Source of the DNA: Bacteroidales bacterium
GTDB lineage: Bacteria; Bacteroidota; Bacteroidia; Bacteroidales; JAADGE01
DNA length: 39,779 nucleotides
Direction of reading: 5' to 3'
Assembly (NCBI GenBank): GCA_024762915.1
Contig: JANTGL010000001.1
Span: forward strand, 1 to 39,779
Positions 9,597 to 19,901 of this stretch are shown here, in pieces. The notes under the pieces are model-generated. The model searched no databases. It worked only from the letters and a program-made list of their open reading frames with translations, and had not been told where the DNA came from. Both the position numbers and the translations under genes were made by a program. Numbering within the stretch: the first letter of the stretch is position 1; every line of letters begins with the position of its first letter.

Positions 9597-12500
9597 ATGA
9601 AAAGATTAACCTTGTTAATTACCATTTTTTTGTTCGGGTATACGGGATTCGGACAAATAAATGTAAGCGGCTTAGTGACAAATTATGATGACGGAGAACC
9701 GATTCCGGGTGTTACGATAATTGTTAAAGGAACCAGTACGGGAACCGTAACCGGTTCGGACGGAAAATATTCCATAACAATTGAATCAGAAGAAAATAAA
9801 CTGGTATTCAGTTATGTAGGGATGGAAACGCAAGAGGTTGAAATTGCCGGAAAAAGTATAATTAATGTAGCTCTAAAAAGAAGTGCCGAAGGTTTGGACG
9901 AAGTAGTTGTAACAGCTTTAGGAATTAAGCGTGAAAAAAAAGCATTAGGCTATTCTGTTCAGGATGTCAGCGGTAAAGATATTTCTAAATCTAATCCTGA
10001 TAATGTTGTTTCTGCTTTATCCGGAAATATTGCAGGTGCTCAAATTATTACTTCATCCGGACAAGTGGGAGCTTCTTCAACGATTTCAATCAGAGGAAAT
10101 AAAACATTTACAGGTTCGACACAACCTCTTTTTGTTGTTGACGGAACACCGATAATGAACGGAATATCATCAGCTCGTTCTAGTACCACTTCTACGGATT
10201 TCGGGAATGCAGCCATGGATATCAATCCTGCCAATATTGAAAGTATTTCAGTATTGAAAGGTGCCAGTGCAACGGCTTTATACGGAAGCAGGGCTGCAAA
10301 CGGTGTCATTCTGATTACAACAAAAAAAGGTGCCGGAACAAAACAAAACGGTCTCGGAATTGATTATTCTGCTTCTGTTTCGACAAGCGAAGTTTATATT
10401 CTTCCGAATTATCAAAATGAATACGGACAAGGAATGAATTCAGATGAATATAATTGGCAAAAAAATTATTCTGATTTAAGCTATCAGGAATTTGTTGATG
10501 ACAGAGGATTTAAATGGGGTACAGACGGCTCCGGAAGACTAATGGATGCTGATGAAAGTTGGGGCGCAAGACTTGATGCCGGTTTAAATGTTCCTCAAAT
10601 GGATTCACCTTTGGATGCAGACGGAAATGTAAGCCCGACACCTTGGATTTCTCATCCGAATAATATTAAAGACTTTTATGAAAGAGGACTAACATTTACA
10701 AATAATATTGCATTGTCCGGCGCTAAAGAGAATTCAAGTTTCAGATTAACATTCGGAAATTCAAATCAAAAAGGAACTTCACCTAATACAGATCAGAATA
10801 AAACCAATATTGGTGTGAATTCTGAATTCAAGCTGTCAGATAAACTTACGGTTAACATAAATGCGACATATACTAAACTTGTAAATAATAATTTACCGCA
10901 ACAAGAGAATTCAATGAGAAATCCTTTATTAGAATTTAATTCATGGTTTGGACGTCAAGTTGATATGAACTACTTGAAAGAACATTACGATGATATTGTT
11001 TTATACGGAAGGTCTCAGAAAGAAAAAGCATTTAATTGGATGATGGCATACGGTTCTCAACATCCGAATCCATATTGGAATGCATACAAAAATACAATGT
11101 CAAGAGAAAGAAACAGAGTATTTGGAAATACTTCAATTACGTATAATTTATTTGACGGAGTTGACATTATAGGAAGAATCGGAACAGATTTCTTTAACGA
11201 ACATCGTAAATATATCTATCATAAATATTCTCGTGATTGGACTCCGATGTATGATAATGCTAAAAACGGTAATTTTTGGGAACAATACCGATTCGAAAGC
11301 GAAACAAATGCAGATTTATTTTTACAAATTAACAAGCATCTGTCGGATGATTTAACATTATTTTCAACCTTAGGAGGAAATTACAGAAATGCTTATGATC
11401 AATTTGCTACAACATACGGAACAAATTTAATTGTCCCTGACTTTTTTTCAACTTCAAATTTTGAAGGAGAGCCCGTTGTAAGTTTTACAAAATATCAGAC
11501 TGTAACAAACAGTGTTTTCGGTTCTGCTAATCTCGGATTTAAAGATTATGTATTCCTTGATCTTACTTTAAGAGGTGACTGGAGTTCAACCTTGCCGGCT
11601 GAAAATCGTAATTATTGGTATCCTTCCGTGAATGTCGGGTTTATAATAAACGAAGCATTTAACTTGACCTCAAAAACTTTCACATACGGGAAAATACGTG
11701 CCGGATATGCTGTTGTCGGTAATGCAACTTCCCCGTATCAATTGAAACCGGTTTTTTATTCGGTCGGAACAACGTTTAATGATATAAATTTATTTAGTGC
11801 ACAATCAACACTTCCTACGGCAAATTTAAAACCTGAAAAAACAAAAAGTTTGGAATTCGGCGGAGAATTTAAATTTTTTCAAAACAGACTCGGAATAGAC
11901 ATTACTTATTATAATGCCGTAACAAAAGACCAACTCATTCAAGTTGATGTTCCCACCTCTTCAGGATACAGTTCTTGGATGAAAAATGCCGGAAGCATCC
12001 GAAATAAAGGTTTTGAAATACAATTATACGGTACCGTCCTTAAAACAAAAAATCTGTCTTGGGATGTAACTCTTAATTGGTCAACCAATAAAAACACTGT
12101 AATTGAATTAGCAGATAATTTAAAACAACTGCAAATTTCGTATTATTACAGTAAGAGCCAAGCAAGTTTAATGGCTTTCCCCGGGGAAGAATGGGGAACA
12201 ATATACGGCACAACATTTAAAAAAGATTCTGTTTCAGGAAACGTTCTGATTGATCAAAACGGAAAACCGATTACGACGGAAGATCCGCAAATTCTTGGTT
12301 ATGTTAATCCGGATTGGATAGGCGGAATTAGAAATTCAGTTACATATAAGAGATTTTCATTATCCGCATTAATCGATTTCAGAATGGGAGGTGATATTTT
12401 CAGTATGACTAAAGCTGTCGGTCAAAAAACAGGAATATTGGATGTCACAATAAAAGACGGAATTCGTGAAAACGGAATGGTTGTTGACGGCGTTTACGAA

Positions 12501-12887
12501 GACGGTGCTATGGTGGATTTAAACGGAGACGGCACAACCGAAGATGCAAGCGGACAAGCTAATCAAACAATTATTTCGGCTCAATCATATTGGGGAAGTT
12601 CTCGTTCATGGGGAGAACTTGCAATTATTGACGGAAGTTTTATAAAATTCAGAGAACTTTCATTAGCATATAACATTCCGAAAAAAATTGTTAATAAAAT
12701 AAAAATTCAAAATGCAAATATCTCACTTTTCGGCAGAAACTTAGCTTTACTTTATACGGATAAAAGTAATGACGCACATATTGACCCCGAAGTTTCATCA
12801 GGGGGTACAATAAGCGGTATAGGTATAGAAACATATCAGCTGCCTTCTGCAAGGACATTAGGATTTCAAATAAATATTAAATTTTAA
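9597..12887 (+). CDS. SusC/RagA family TonB-linked outer membrane protein
   Basis: 1096 aa. It has a signal peptide, a carboxypeptidase-regulatory-like domain (VSGLVTNYDDGEPIPGVTIIVKGT), the plug signature DEVVVTALGIKREKKALGYSV and a C-terminal terminal Phe (INIKF). There is no N-terminal STN/anti-sigma extension. A SusD-like gene follows. Confidence 0.95.
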   Translation: MKRLTLLITIFLFGYTGFGQINVSGLVTNYDDGEPIPGVTIIVKGTSTGTVTGSDGKYSITIESEENKLVFSYVGMETQEVEIAGKSIINVALKRSAEGLDEVVVTALGIKREKKALGYSVQDVSGKDISKSNPDNVVSALSGNIAGAQIITSSGQVGASSTISIRGNKTFTGSTQPLFVVDGTPIMNGISSARSSTTSTDFGNAAMDINPANIESISVLKGASATALYGSRAANGVILITTKKGAGTKQNGLGIDYSASVSTSEVYILPNYQNEYGQGMNSDEYNWQKNYSDLSYQEFVDDRGFKWGTDGSGRLMDADESWGARLDAGLNVPQMDSPLDADGNVSPTPWISHPNNIKDFYERGLTFTNNIALSGAKENSSFRLTFGNSNQKGTSPNTDQNKTNIGVNSEFKLSDKLTVNINATYTKLVNNNLPQQENSMRNPLLEFNSWFGRQVDMNYLKEHYDDIVLYGRSQKEKAFNWMMAYGSQHPNPYWNAYKNTMSRERNRVFGNTSITYNLFDGVDIIGRIGTDFFNEHRKYIYHKYSRDWTPMYDNAKNGNFWEQYRFESETNADLFLQINKHLSDDLTLFSTLGGNYRNAYDQFATTYGTNLIVPDFFSTSNFEGEPVVSFTKYQTVTNSVFGSANLGFKDYVFLDLTLRGDWSSTLPAENRNYWYPSVNVGFIINEAFNLTSKTFTYGKIRAGYAVVGNATSPYQLKPVFYSVGTTFNDINLFSAQSTLPTANLKPEKTKSLEFGGEFKFFQNRLGIDITYYNAVTKDQLIQVDVPTSSGYSSWMKNAGSIRNKGFEIQLYGTVLKTKNLSWDVTLNWSTNKNTVIELADNLKQLQISYYYSKSQASLMAFPGEEWGTIYGTTFKKDSVSGNVLIDQNGKPITTEDPQILGYVNPDWIGGIRNSVTYKRFSLSALIDFRMGGDIFSMTKAVGQKTGILDVTIKDGIRENGMVVDGVYEDGAMVDLNGDGTTEDASGQANQTIISAQSYWGSSRSWGELAIIDGSFIKFRELSLAYNIPKKIVNKIKIQNANISLFGRNLALLYTDKSNDAHIDPEVSSGGTISGIGIETYQLPSARTLGFQINIKF

Positions 12888-13026
12888 AATATTATCATAT
12901 GAAACACCCATTCTAAACTATTAACACCCAAGGGAATGACTAATGCAGTTTCATAAATAAACTTATTAATTAAAGCTCACATGCGGGTGTTCCTATGTGA
13001 CCTTTAAAATCAATAAAAATAGACAC

Positions 13027-14454
13027 ATGAAAAACAAGATATATTTAATTTTGACGGGATTTGTTTTTATTTTCATTTCATCTTGTACAAAAGATTTTGA
13101 TGCCATAAATACAAATCCGAATAACCCGGAATTAGCCCCTGTTGAAAATGTTTTTGCCTATACAATTAAAAGTGTTTCCTCTTGTTTCGGTACAACAGAA
13201 ATGGAAACTGCCGCAGGATATGTCGGCCATGTTACAAAAGGAAAATATACTGATATTACAACATATACTTCACCTCCGAGCAGCGGTGTATGGAATGTCA
13301 TATACAGAACGACTGCTTCAAATGCTAATTTTGTAATAAGTGAAGCTAAGAAAACAGAAAATTTTAATTTACTGGGTGCAACAATGGTTCTGAAAGTTTA
13401 TGTTATGCAATTGGCGACGGATATTTACGGTAAAGTTCCGTATTCGGAAGCCGGACTCGGAAATGACGGTATTATATATCCTGCTTATGACACAGAACAA
13501 GATATATATTATGATATGCTTGCAAAATTAGATACAGCAAATGATTTACTTATAAACGATCCTCAAAACGGAAATATTGAGGACGGAGATTTATTATATG
13601 AAGGAAATATTACAAAATGGAAAAGATTTTGTAATTCATTACATTTAAGACTGGCTATTCGTATCTCGAATATTGATGAAAATAAAGCAAGCAGTGAAAT
13701 ATCAAAAATATTTAATGATCCTGATAAATATCCGATATTCCAAAGCAATGCGGATAATGCTTTTCTTGCTTATCCCGGAGAAGATTGGGTAGAACCATGG
13801 ACGGCACGTCACAGCGCAATCGGAGTTGATTGGATGGCAAAACCTATTATTGATTCTTTATTAAATTATTCGGATCCCCGTATTGCATTTTATGCAGATA
13901 CTTTAACTGACGGAACATACGTCGGTCTTACGGTTGGTGAAGAAGCAACAACAACAAATTACTCAAAAGTAAATGACTTATTTGTCAATAATCCAACAGG
14001 TTCTGTTTTTTTTCTGAAATATGCTGAAGTTGAATTTATTATTGCTGAAGCAGCTAAAAGAGGATTTATTACTGCTGACGCACAAACTGCCTATGAAACT
14101 GCAATTGATGCTTCTTGTAAAGAATACGGAATCAGTGACGGAGATATTTCAACATATTTGGCAGGAAGTAAAGTCGCTTGGGATGATGATATAAATAAAA
14201 TTTATATTCAAAAATGGATTTCATTATTCAGACAAAGTTGGGAAGCATGGGCAGAAATGCGAAGAACTGATATTCCGACTTTTCCGCCTGCTGCTAACTC
14301 TAATTACAGCGGACATAATCGCCCGCCGTTCAGATTTCCGTATCCTGATTCAGAAATTATGTTAAATTCAGATAATATTCCGCAAGACGTAAACGAAGAT
14401 GATAATTATTGGGGTTATCAAATATGGTGGGATACAAGAACAAATGTTCAATAA
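13027..14454 (+). CDS. SusD/RagB family nutrient-binding outer membrane lipoprotein
   Basis: The ATG at 13027 gives MKNKIYLILTGFVFIFISSC (signal plus lipobox Cys). The track start at 12997 is a GTG upstream of this. SusD-like helical/TPR-like composition, positioned after SusC. Confidence 0.9.
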   Translation: MKNKIYLILTGFVFIFISSCTKDFDAINTNPNNPELAPVENVFAYTIKSVSSCFGTTEMETAAGYVGHVTKGKYTDITTYTSPPSSGVWNVIYRTTASNANFVISEAKKTENFNLLGATMVLKVYVMQLATDIYGKVPYSEAGLGNDGIIYPAYDTEQDIYYDMLAKLDTANDLLINDPQNGNIEDGDLLYEGNITKWKRFCNSLHLRLAIRISNIDENKASSEISKIFNDPDKYPIFQSNADNAFLAYPGEDWVEPWTARHSAIGVDWMAKPIIDSLLNYSDPRIAFYADTLTDGTYVGLTVGEEATTTNYSKVNDLFVNNPTGSVFFLKYAEVEFIIAEAAKRGFITADAQTAYETAIDASCKEYGISDGDISTYLAGSKVAWDDDINKIYIQKWISLFRQSWEAWAEMRRTDIPTFPPAANSNYSGHNRPPFRFPYPDSEIMLNSDNIPQDVNEDDNYWGYQIWWDTRTNVQ

Positions 14455-14464
14455 TTTAACTGTT

Positions 14465-14526
14465 AATATTAAACTTTATAACTAATTCTGTTAATTAAAT
14501 TAGTTATAAAGTTTAATGTTTTTTTA
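14465..14526 (+). terminator. strong intrinsic terminator after the SusC/SusD genes
   Basis: A perfect 19-bp stem: ATTAAACTTTATAACTAAT (14468-14486) pairs with ATTAGTTATAAAGTTTAAT (14499-14517). The loop is 12 nt and a T7 run follows at 14519-14525. Confidence 0.8.
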
Positions 14527-14641
14527 ATAAATTCTTCCTGCCGGAAATTTTATTAAAACATTCACAAAGTTTACAAGCAGAGTCGAATTTGACAAATTTC
14601 CGTTTTAATATACGATATTTTCTTATCCGAGAATTTGATAA

Positions 14642-15700
14642 ATGATGATTGACAGAAAAAAATTCATAAAACAAATAGGATTGTTATCAGGATTTACGCT
14701 TTTTTCAAGTATAAATCTTTTTGCTTTTAATTCCTCTCAAACTTCAAGCATCAGCTCAAAAAAGAGAATCCCGAAAAAACTTAAAAAAGGAGCCGTAATT
14801 GGTTTAATAACGCCATCAGGTGTAATTACAAAAGAGCAACTTGAAGAAACCGTAAAAGAAGTTGAATCTCTCGGATACAAAGCATATTATAAACCGAGTG
14901 TTTTATCGGAATTCGGTTATTTGGCAGGTACGGATGAAGAACGTTCCGATGAATTAATTCATATGTTTGAAAACCCTGATGTCGATGCAATTTTATGTGT
15001 ACGAGGCGGATATGGTGCAATTCGAATTCTTGATTTAATCGATTTCAATATTATTAAAGAAAACCCTAAAATATTTATCGGCTATAGCGATATAACTGCC
15101 TTAATTACTGCTTTTTACTTAAAAACAGGATTGGTTTCTTTTCACGGTCCCGTAGGCATTTCAACGTTTAATGAATTTTCGTTAAAATCACTTTTCGATA
15201 TTATTTCAAAAACCAAAAACACTCATTTGTATTCTTATAAGCGTGAACCTGAAACGGATAATAATTCTGAATTTGATTTTTATACAATAAATAAAGGAAA
15301 AGCTTCCGGAGAATTAATAGGAGGTAATATGAGTGTCCTTGTTTCGATGATAGGCGGAAAATTCGAACCTAAATTTAAAGGAAAAATTGTCTATCTTGAA
15401 GAAATTGATGAGAAAACATATAAAATTGATAAAATGATCACTCAGCTTATTCATTCAACTGATTTAAAAGAAGCATCGGGTATTATTTTTGGTATTTTGA
15501 GCGGTTGCGACAATAACGAGAAACCAACTTTTCTTTTAAAAGAATTATTAATACAAATTATGACTCCCGTAAAAATTCCGGTTGTATACGGATTTCCTTT
15601 CGGTCACGTAAAAAATAAAATGACGCTTCCTACAGGAATAAAAGCTGAACTGAATGCAGACACAAAAACATTAAAACTCATTGAAAAAACCGTTAATTAA
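14642..15700 (+). CDS. ldcA: LD-carboxypeptidase (peptidase S66, LdcA-like muramoyltetrapeptide carboxypeptidase) with N-terminal export signal
   Basis: S66 motifs are GYSDITAL (nucleophile Ser), a conserved Glu region and GFPFGH (His). The N-terminus is MMIDRKKFIKQIGLLSGFTLFSSINLFAF, a signal that is Tat-like but has RK in place of RR. Confidence 0.85.
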   Translation: MMIDRKKFIKQIGLLSGFTLFSSINLFAFNSSQTSSISSKKRIPKKLKKGAVIGLITPSGVITKEQLEETVKEVESLGYKAYYKPSVLSEFGYLAGTDEERSDELIHMFENPDVDAILCVRGGYGAIRILDLIDFNIIKENPKIFIGYSDITALITAFYLKTGLVSFHGPVGISTFNEFSLKSLFDIISKTKNTHLYSYKREPETDNNSEFDFYTINKGKASGELIGGNMSVLVSMIGGKFEPKFKGKIVYLEEIDEKTYKIDKMITQLIHSTDLKEASGIIFGILSGCDNNEKPTFLLKELLIQIMTPVKIPVVYGFPFGHVKNKMTLPTGIKAELNADTKTLKLIEKTVN

Positions 15701-15714
15701 TTTAATTCGGAAAA

Positions 15715-17199
15715 ATGTATAAAACAATTCTTCTTATTATTTATTTTTGCTTTACCGTATCAACTGAATATGCACAAATAAGAAAATTAGAAAAAAGAAA
15801 ACATTCGGTAAATAAAACATTAAAACAAATAATTTCATATCCGGATTTTAAAAATGCCGACTTTGGTTTTATTGCAAAAGATATCAAAACAGGAGAGATT
15901 CTTGCATCTTATCATTCTGACAAATCATTTATGCCGGCATCAACACAAAAACTTTTTACGACGGCAACAGCCCTTGAAGTTTTAGATTCAAATTTCAAAT
16001 TTACGACATCACTTCAATATTCCGGCAGCATTGATACTGTTTCAGGGATATTATACGGAAATATTCTTATAAAAGGGGGCGGAGACCCGACACTCGGTTC
16101 AAAATATTTTGATTCGACAAAAGACAAACAATTTCTTAATGATTGGTTAAATGCAATAAAAAAACTCGGTATAGATTCTGTTGCGGGTGCTGTTGTTGCC
16201 GACGCATCGGTTTTTGATTATAATATAGTTCCGACAACTTGGTCTTGGAATAATATGGGGAATTATTATGGTGCCGGAGCTAACGGCCTTACGGTATTCG
16301 ATAATTATTATACCGTTTTTTTTAAAACTTCGAGTAAAATAGGAGAAATAACTGAACCGGTTCAAGTAATTCCTGATATTCCGAATTTAGTATTTGATAA
16401 TACTTCAATATCCGATTCAATAACTTATGACAATTCATATATTTTCGGAGCACCGTTTTCAAATCAACGGTATGTCAGAGGAGAACTTCCTGCAGGAAAA
16501 GCTAATTTCGGAGTGAAAGGTTCAATGCCTGACCCGGCTTATACAACGGCATATATTTTTGAAAAATATTTACAAAAGAACGGTATCGGAATAAAAAATA
16601 AAGCAACAACAATTCGCTTGTCTCAACAAAAATTTCCTGACAGAACTTTAATAACAAAAACCCGGTCTCCGAAACTGTCAGAAATTATAAAACAGACTAA
16701 TACACACAGTATCAATCTGTTTGCAGAACATTTATTAAAAGAAATCGGATTGAAATTATCCGGAAATACAATAACTGAAAAAGCTGTTGATGAAATTATT
16801 AAATTTTGGAAAGAAAAAAATGTTGATACTCAGGGGATGTTTCTTTATGACGGAAGCGGACTGTCAAGGCATGACAGTTTTACACCGTCTCAAATGGTTC
16901 AAATTTTAACATACATGAAAAACAACAGCAGAAATTTTTCGGATTTTTACAATTCATTACCGATTGCAGGAGAAACCGGAACAATGAAAAATATGTTTAA
17001 AAAGAGTATTGCAAAAGGGAAATTAAGAGCAAAAAGCGGAACGGTTGACAGAGTAAAAGCTTATGCCGGATATGTTACGTCTGTTTCGGGGCGTGAAATT
17101 GTTTTCTCAATGGTTGTAAACGATTTCAGTTGTTCATCCGGTGACGCAAAAAAGCAACTTGAAAAATTAATGAATGCTTTAGCAGAATTTGATAAATAA
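15715..17199 (+). CDS. dacB: D-alanyl-D-alanine carboxypeptidase/endopeptidase (PBP4, peptidase S13)
   Basis: 494 aa with a signal peptide. Motifs: SxxK (PASTQKLFT), SxN (HSINLFAE) and K[ST]G (AKSGTV). It starts 14 nt after ldcA. Confidence 0.9.
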   Translation: MYKTILLIIYFCFTVSTEYAQIRKLEKRKHSVNKTLKQIISYPDFKNADFGFIAKDIKTGEILASYHSDKSFMPASTQKLFTTATALEVLDSNFKFTTSLQYSGSIDTVSGILYGNILIKGGGDPTLGSKYFDSTKDKQFLNDWLNAIKKLGIDSVAGAVVADASVFDYNIVPTTWSWNNMGNYYGAGANGLTVFDNYYTVFFKTSSKIGEITEPVQVIPDIPNLVFDNTSISDSITYDNSYIFGAPFSNQRYVRGELPAGKANFGVKGSMPDPAYTTAYIFEKYLQKNGIGIKNKATTIRLSQQKFPDRTLITKTRSPKLSEIIKQTNTHSINLFAEHLLKEIGLKLSGNTITEKAVDEIIKFWKEKNVDTQGMFLYDGSGLSRHDSFTPSQMVQILTYMKNNSRNFSDFYNSLPIAGETGTMKNMFKKSIAKGKLRAKSGTVDRVKAYAGYVTSVSGREIVFSMVVNDFSCSSGDAKKQLEKLMNALAEFDK

Positions 17200-17225
17200 G
17201 AATGATTTATAAATAAAAAACAACT

Positions 17226-18704
17226 ATGACTGACTACGGATGGCTCTCGGTTTTACCGCCTGTTTTGGCAATTTTTTTAGCATTAAAAACCAAACAAGTT
17301 TATATCGCATTAATATTCGGAATCGGATTGGGATGGCTGATTATTAATGACTGGAATGTTATTGACGGAACCGTGTCAACCATCGAAGCTTTTGTTAATG
17401 TTTTTAAATCCGAAGGAAATACACGAACTATAATGTTCAGTGCATTAGTAGGTTCTTTGCTTATTTTTATTCAAAAATCGGGAGGTGTTGAAGGATTTAT
17501 GAAACGAATTACAAAGATTCTGCAAAAGTATGAAGCTAAACAAAGCGGCAGAAGTCGTGTTGTGGTTCAAATTTTTGCTTTACTGACAGGAATCTCTCTT
17601 TTTGTTGAAACCAGCATCAGTTCTTTAACGGTAGGAACACTTTACCGTCCGATTTTTGATAAATTGAAAATACCTCGTGAAAAATTGGCCTATATCGCCG
17701 ATTCTATTTCTGCACCTTCAGCTGTTTTAATTCCGTTTAACGCTTGGGGAGCTTTTATTATGGGCTTGTTATTAACTCAAGGCATTGACGAACCTTTTAC
17801 AACGCTTATGAAGGCAATAGGATACAATTTTTATCCCATTTTGACCTTGCTGATGGTATTTGTAATTATTGTAAGTAAAAAAGATTTCGGACCTATGCGT
17901 AAGGCAGAAATCAGAACTAAAGAAACCGGAAAAGTGCATGCCGATAATGCTCGACCGATGGTTTCGGACAGTATCACTTCAAGCAAAACAAAGGAAAATA
18001 TTAAACCGAAAGCTTTTAATATGGTTATTCCATTATTTACAATGGTCGGAATGATGCCTGCCATGTTGGCTTTTACCGGTTGGGAAAAAGTAGAAACTTT
18101 TACTTCTTTAGGAAATCATTTAAGACAAGCAATCGGGCAGGGTTCCGGTTCTGCAGCTGTTTTATATTCTGTTATAACGGCTTTATTTATTGCAATGATT
18201 CTTTACCGAAGTCAAAAAATTATGAAATCGCGAGAACTGATTGAAACAGCTCTGAAAGGTGTCAGCGGATTAATGCCTTTAGCTTTGTTAATGATGCTGG
18301 CGTTTGCCATAAGTGCCGTATGCAATGAATTAGGAACAGGTATTTATATTGCTAACCTCTCAAAAGATTGGCTCTCACCCGGATTATTACCTGCCGTAGT
18401 TTTTATGATTAGTGCTTTTATTGCTTTTTCGACAGGAACATCATGGGGAACATTTGCCATAATGATGTCAATAGCAATTCCGATGGCAGAAGTTCAAGAT
18501 GCCAATATTTATTTGGTAGTTGCCGCAACACTCGGCGGCGGTGTATTCGGTGATCATTGTTCACCGATTTCGGATACCACGATAATATCTTCAATGGCCT
18601 CGGCATCGGATCATATTGATCATGTAAAAACGCAATTACCTTATGCCTTATTTATCGGTATAATTACGGTATTATTATATTTAGTCCTTGGCTTGTTATT
18701 TTAA
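17226..18704 (+). CDS. NhaC-family (Na+/H+ antiporter-type) polytopic membrane transporter
   Basis: 492 aa with about 11-12 hydrophobic segments. The overall pattern is typical of the NhaC C-terminal family (e.g. GTSWGTFAIMM, GGVFGDHCSPISDTTI). It starts 26 nt after dacB. The substrate cannot be deduced from the sequence. Confidence 0.75.
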   Translation: MTDYGWLSVLPPVLAIFLALKTKQVYIALIFGIGLGWLIINDWNVIDGTVSTIEAFVNVFKSEGNTRTIMFSALVGSLLIFIQKSGGVEGFMKRITKILQKYEAKQSGRSRVVVQIFALLTGISLFVETSISSLTVGTLYRPIFDKLKIPREKLAYIADSISAPSAVLIPFNAWGAFIMGLLLTQGIDEPFTTLMKAIGYNFYPILTLLMVFVIIVSKKDFGPMRKAEIRTKETGKVHADNARPMVSDSITSSKTKENIKPKAFNMVIPLFTMVGMMPAMLAFTGWEKVETFTSLGNHLRQAIGQGSGSAAVLYSVITALFIAMILYRSQKIMKSRELIETALKGVSGLMPLALLMMLAFAISAVCNELGTGIYIANLSKDWLSPGLLPAVVFMISAFIAFSTGTSWGTFAIMMSIAIPMAEVQDANIYLVVAATLGGGVFGDHCSPISDTTIISSMASASDHIDHVKTQLPYALFIGIITVLLYLVLGLLF

Positions 18705-18848
18705 AATATGAAATAATTTGGATATTTCGTATTATCATATTAAGCTTAGCTTATTTTATTTTTGAATTTCCTGAAACGTCCGAATTAAGAATTATACAAA
18801 TGCAGATAAGATGTATAAATATATTTCCGGGTTTTTTATGAAACTATT

Positions 18849-19808
18849 TTACATTCCTACACCCATTACCAATATATCATCAACTTGTTCTTCGTCTCCC
18901 TGCCAATCAATGAGAGTGTTCCTTAGGATATCACCTTGTTCTTTCATCGGTTTATTCTGAACGGATAGCAGGACTTCTTTCAAATGATTATATTTAAATT
19001 TTTTATTTCTCGGGCCTCCGAATTGGTCTGCATATCCGTCGGAAAAAATATATATTGAATCCCCTTTTTCAAGTTGCACCGTATGATTGGTATAAATATC
19101 AACAACCCCGTCAGTATTAACGCCTATCGGTAATTTGTCGGCTTTTATTTCAAATAATTCCCCTTTTTTTACATAATACAAGGGATTATACGCGCCTGCA
19201 TACATGACCTCTCGTTTTTTAAAATCAACGGTACAAACAGCTAAGTCCATACTGTCTTTTACGCCGCTTTCATCATGTGTTTGTCTTAATACATCATTGA
19301 CATATTCATCAAGAAATGATAATAATTCACCCGGATTATTAATCGTTTCATTTTGAATACCTTGAATCAATCCGTTAAATCCGATAACCGACATTAATGC
19401 CCCGGGTACCCCGTGTCCCGTACAATCTACTGCAGCAAATAATACTTTATCTTTAAATTCGGAAACAAAATAGAAATCACCGCTTACGACATCTTTAGGC
19501 ATATATAAAATAAAATGTTCGGGAAGAAGGTCGTTTACCAAATAATCCGGAGGAGAAATCGCTGTTTGAATTCTGTATGCATAGCGTATGCTGTCGAGTA
19601 AATCTTTCTTTTTTTCTTCAAGTTCTCTGTTTGTGAAATTTAACTCGTGTGTATGAAATTGTTTGAATAAATTTAATGCTTCTTTAAAATTTGAGTTTTC
19701 TTCATAAAATTCTGCTAAATGTTTTAAATTCAGAAGAATAATCTTTTCATTGTTTTCTTCTTGAGCTGATAATAATGCTTTTTTTAATTCTTGTTCTTTC
19801 TGTTCCAT
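18849..19808 (-). CDS. PP2C-family serine phosphatase (SpoIIE/RsbU-like), soluble
   Basis: 319 aa. A short N-terminal TPR-like/coiled-coil segment is followed by the PP2C core SGDFYF...AAVDCTGHGVPGALMS...DGYADQFG...DDILVMGV. It is closely similar to the C-terminus of the 26832..30134 protein. Confidence 0.85.
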   Translation of the reverse strand: MEQKEQELKKALLSAQEENNEKIILLNLKHLAEFYEENSNFKEALNLFKQFHTHELNFTNRELEEKKKDLLDSIRYAYRIQTAISPPDYLVNDLLPEHFILYMPKDVVSGDFYFVSEFKDKVLFAAVDCTGHGVPGALMSVIGFNGLIQGIQNETINNPGELLSFLDEYVNDVLRQTHDESGVKDSMDLAVCTVDFKKREVMYAGAYNPLYYVKKGELFEIKADKLPIGVNTDGVVDIYTNHTVQLEKGDSIYIFSDGYADQFGGPRNKKFKYNHLKEVLLSVQNKPMKEQGDILRNTLIDWQGDEEQVDDILVMGVGM

Positions 19809-19901
19809 GGGAAGAATAATTTAAAGTCGTAAGTTACAAAAAAAGCAGAGAATCTTTTATAAAAAATGTAAATATTTAAGCTTGGTTTTTTGAATTAGGT
19901 T

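Noticed and set aside
12997-13026. GTG start at 12997 for the SusD-like gene
   Set aside because: The ATG at 13027 yields a canonical lipoprotein signal (MKNKIYLILTGFVFIFISSC). The upstream extension adds a polar, non-signal prefix.
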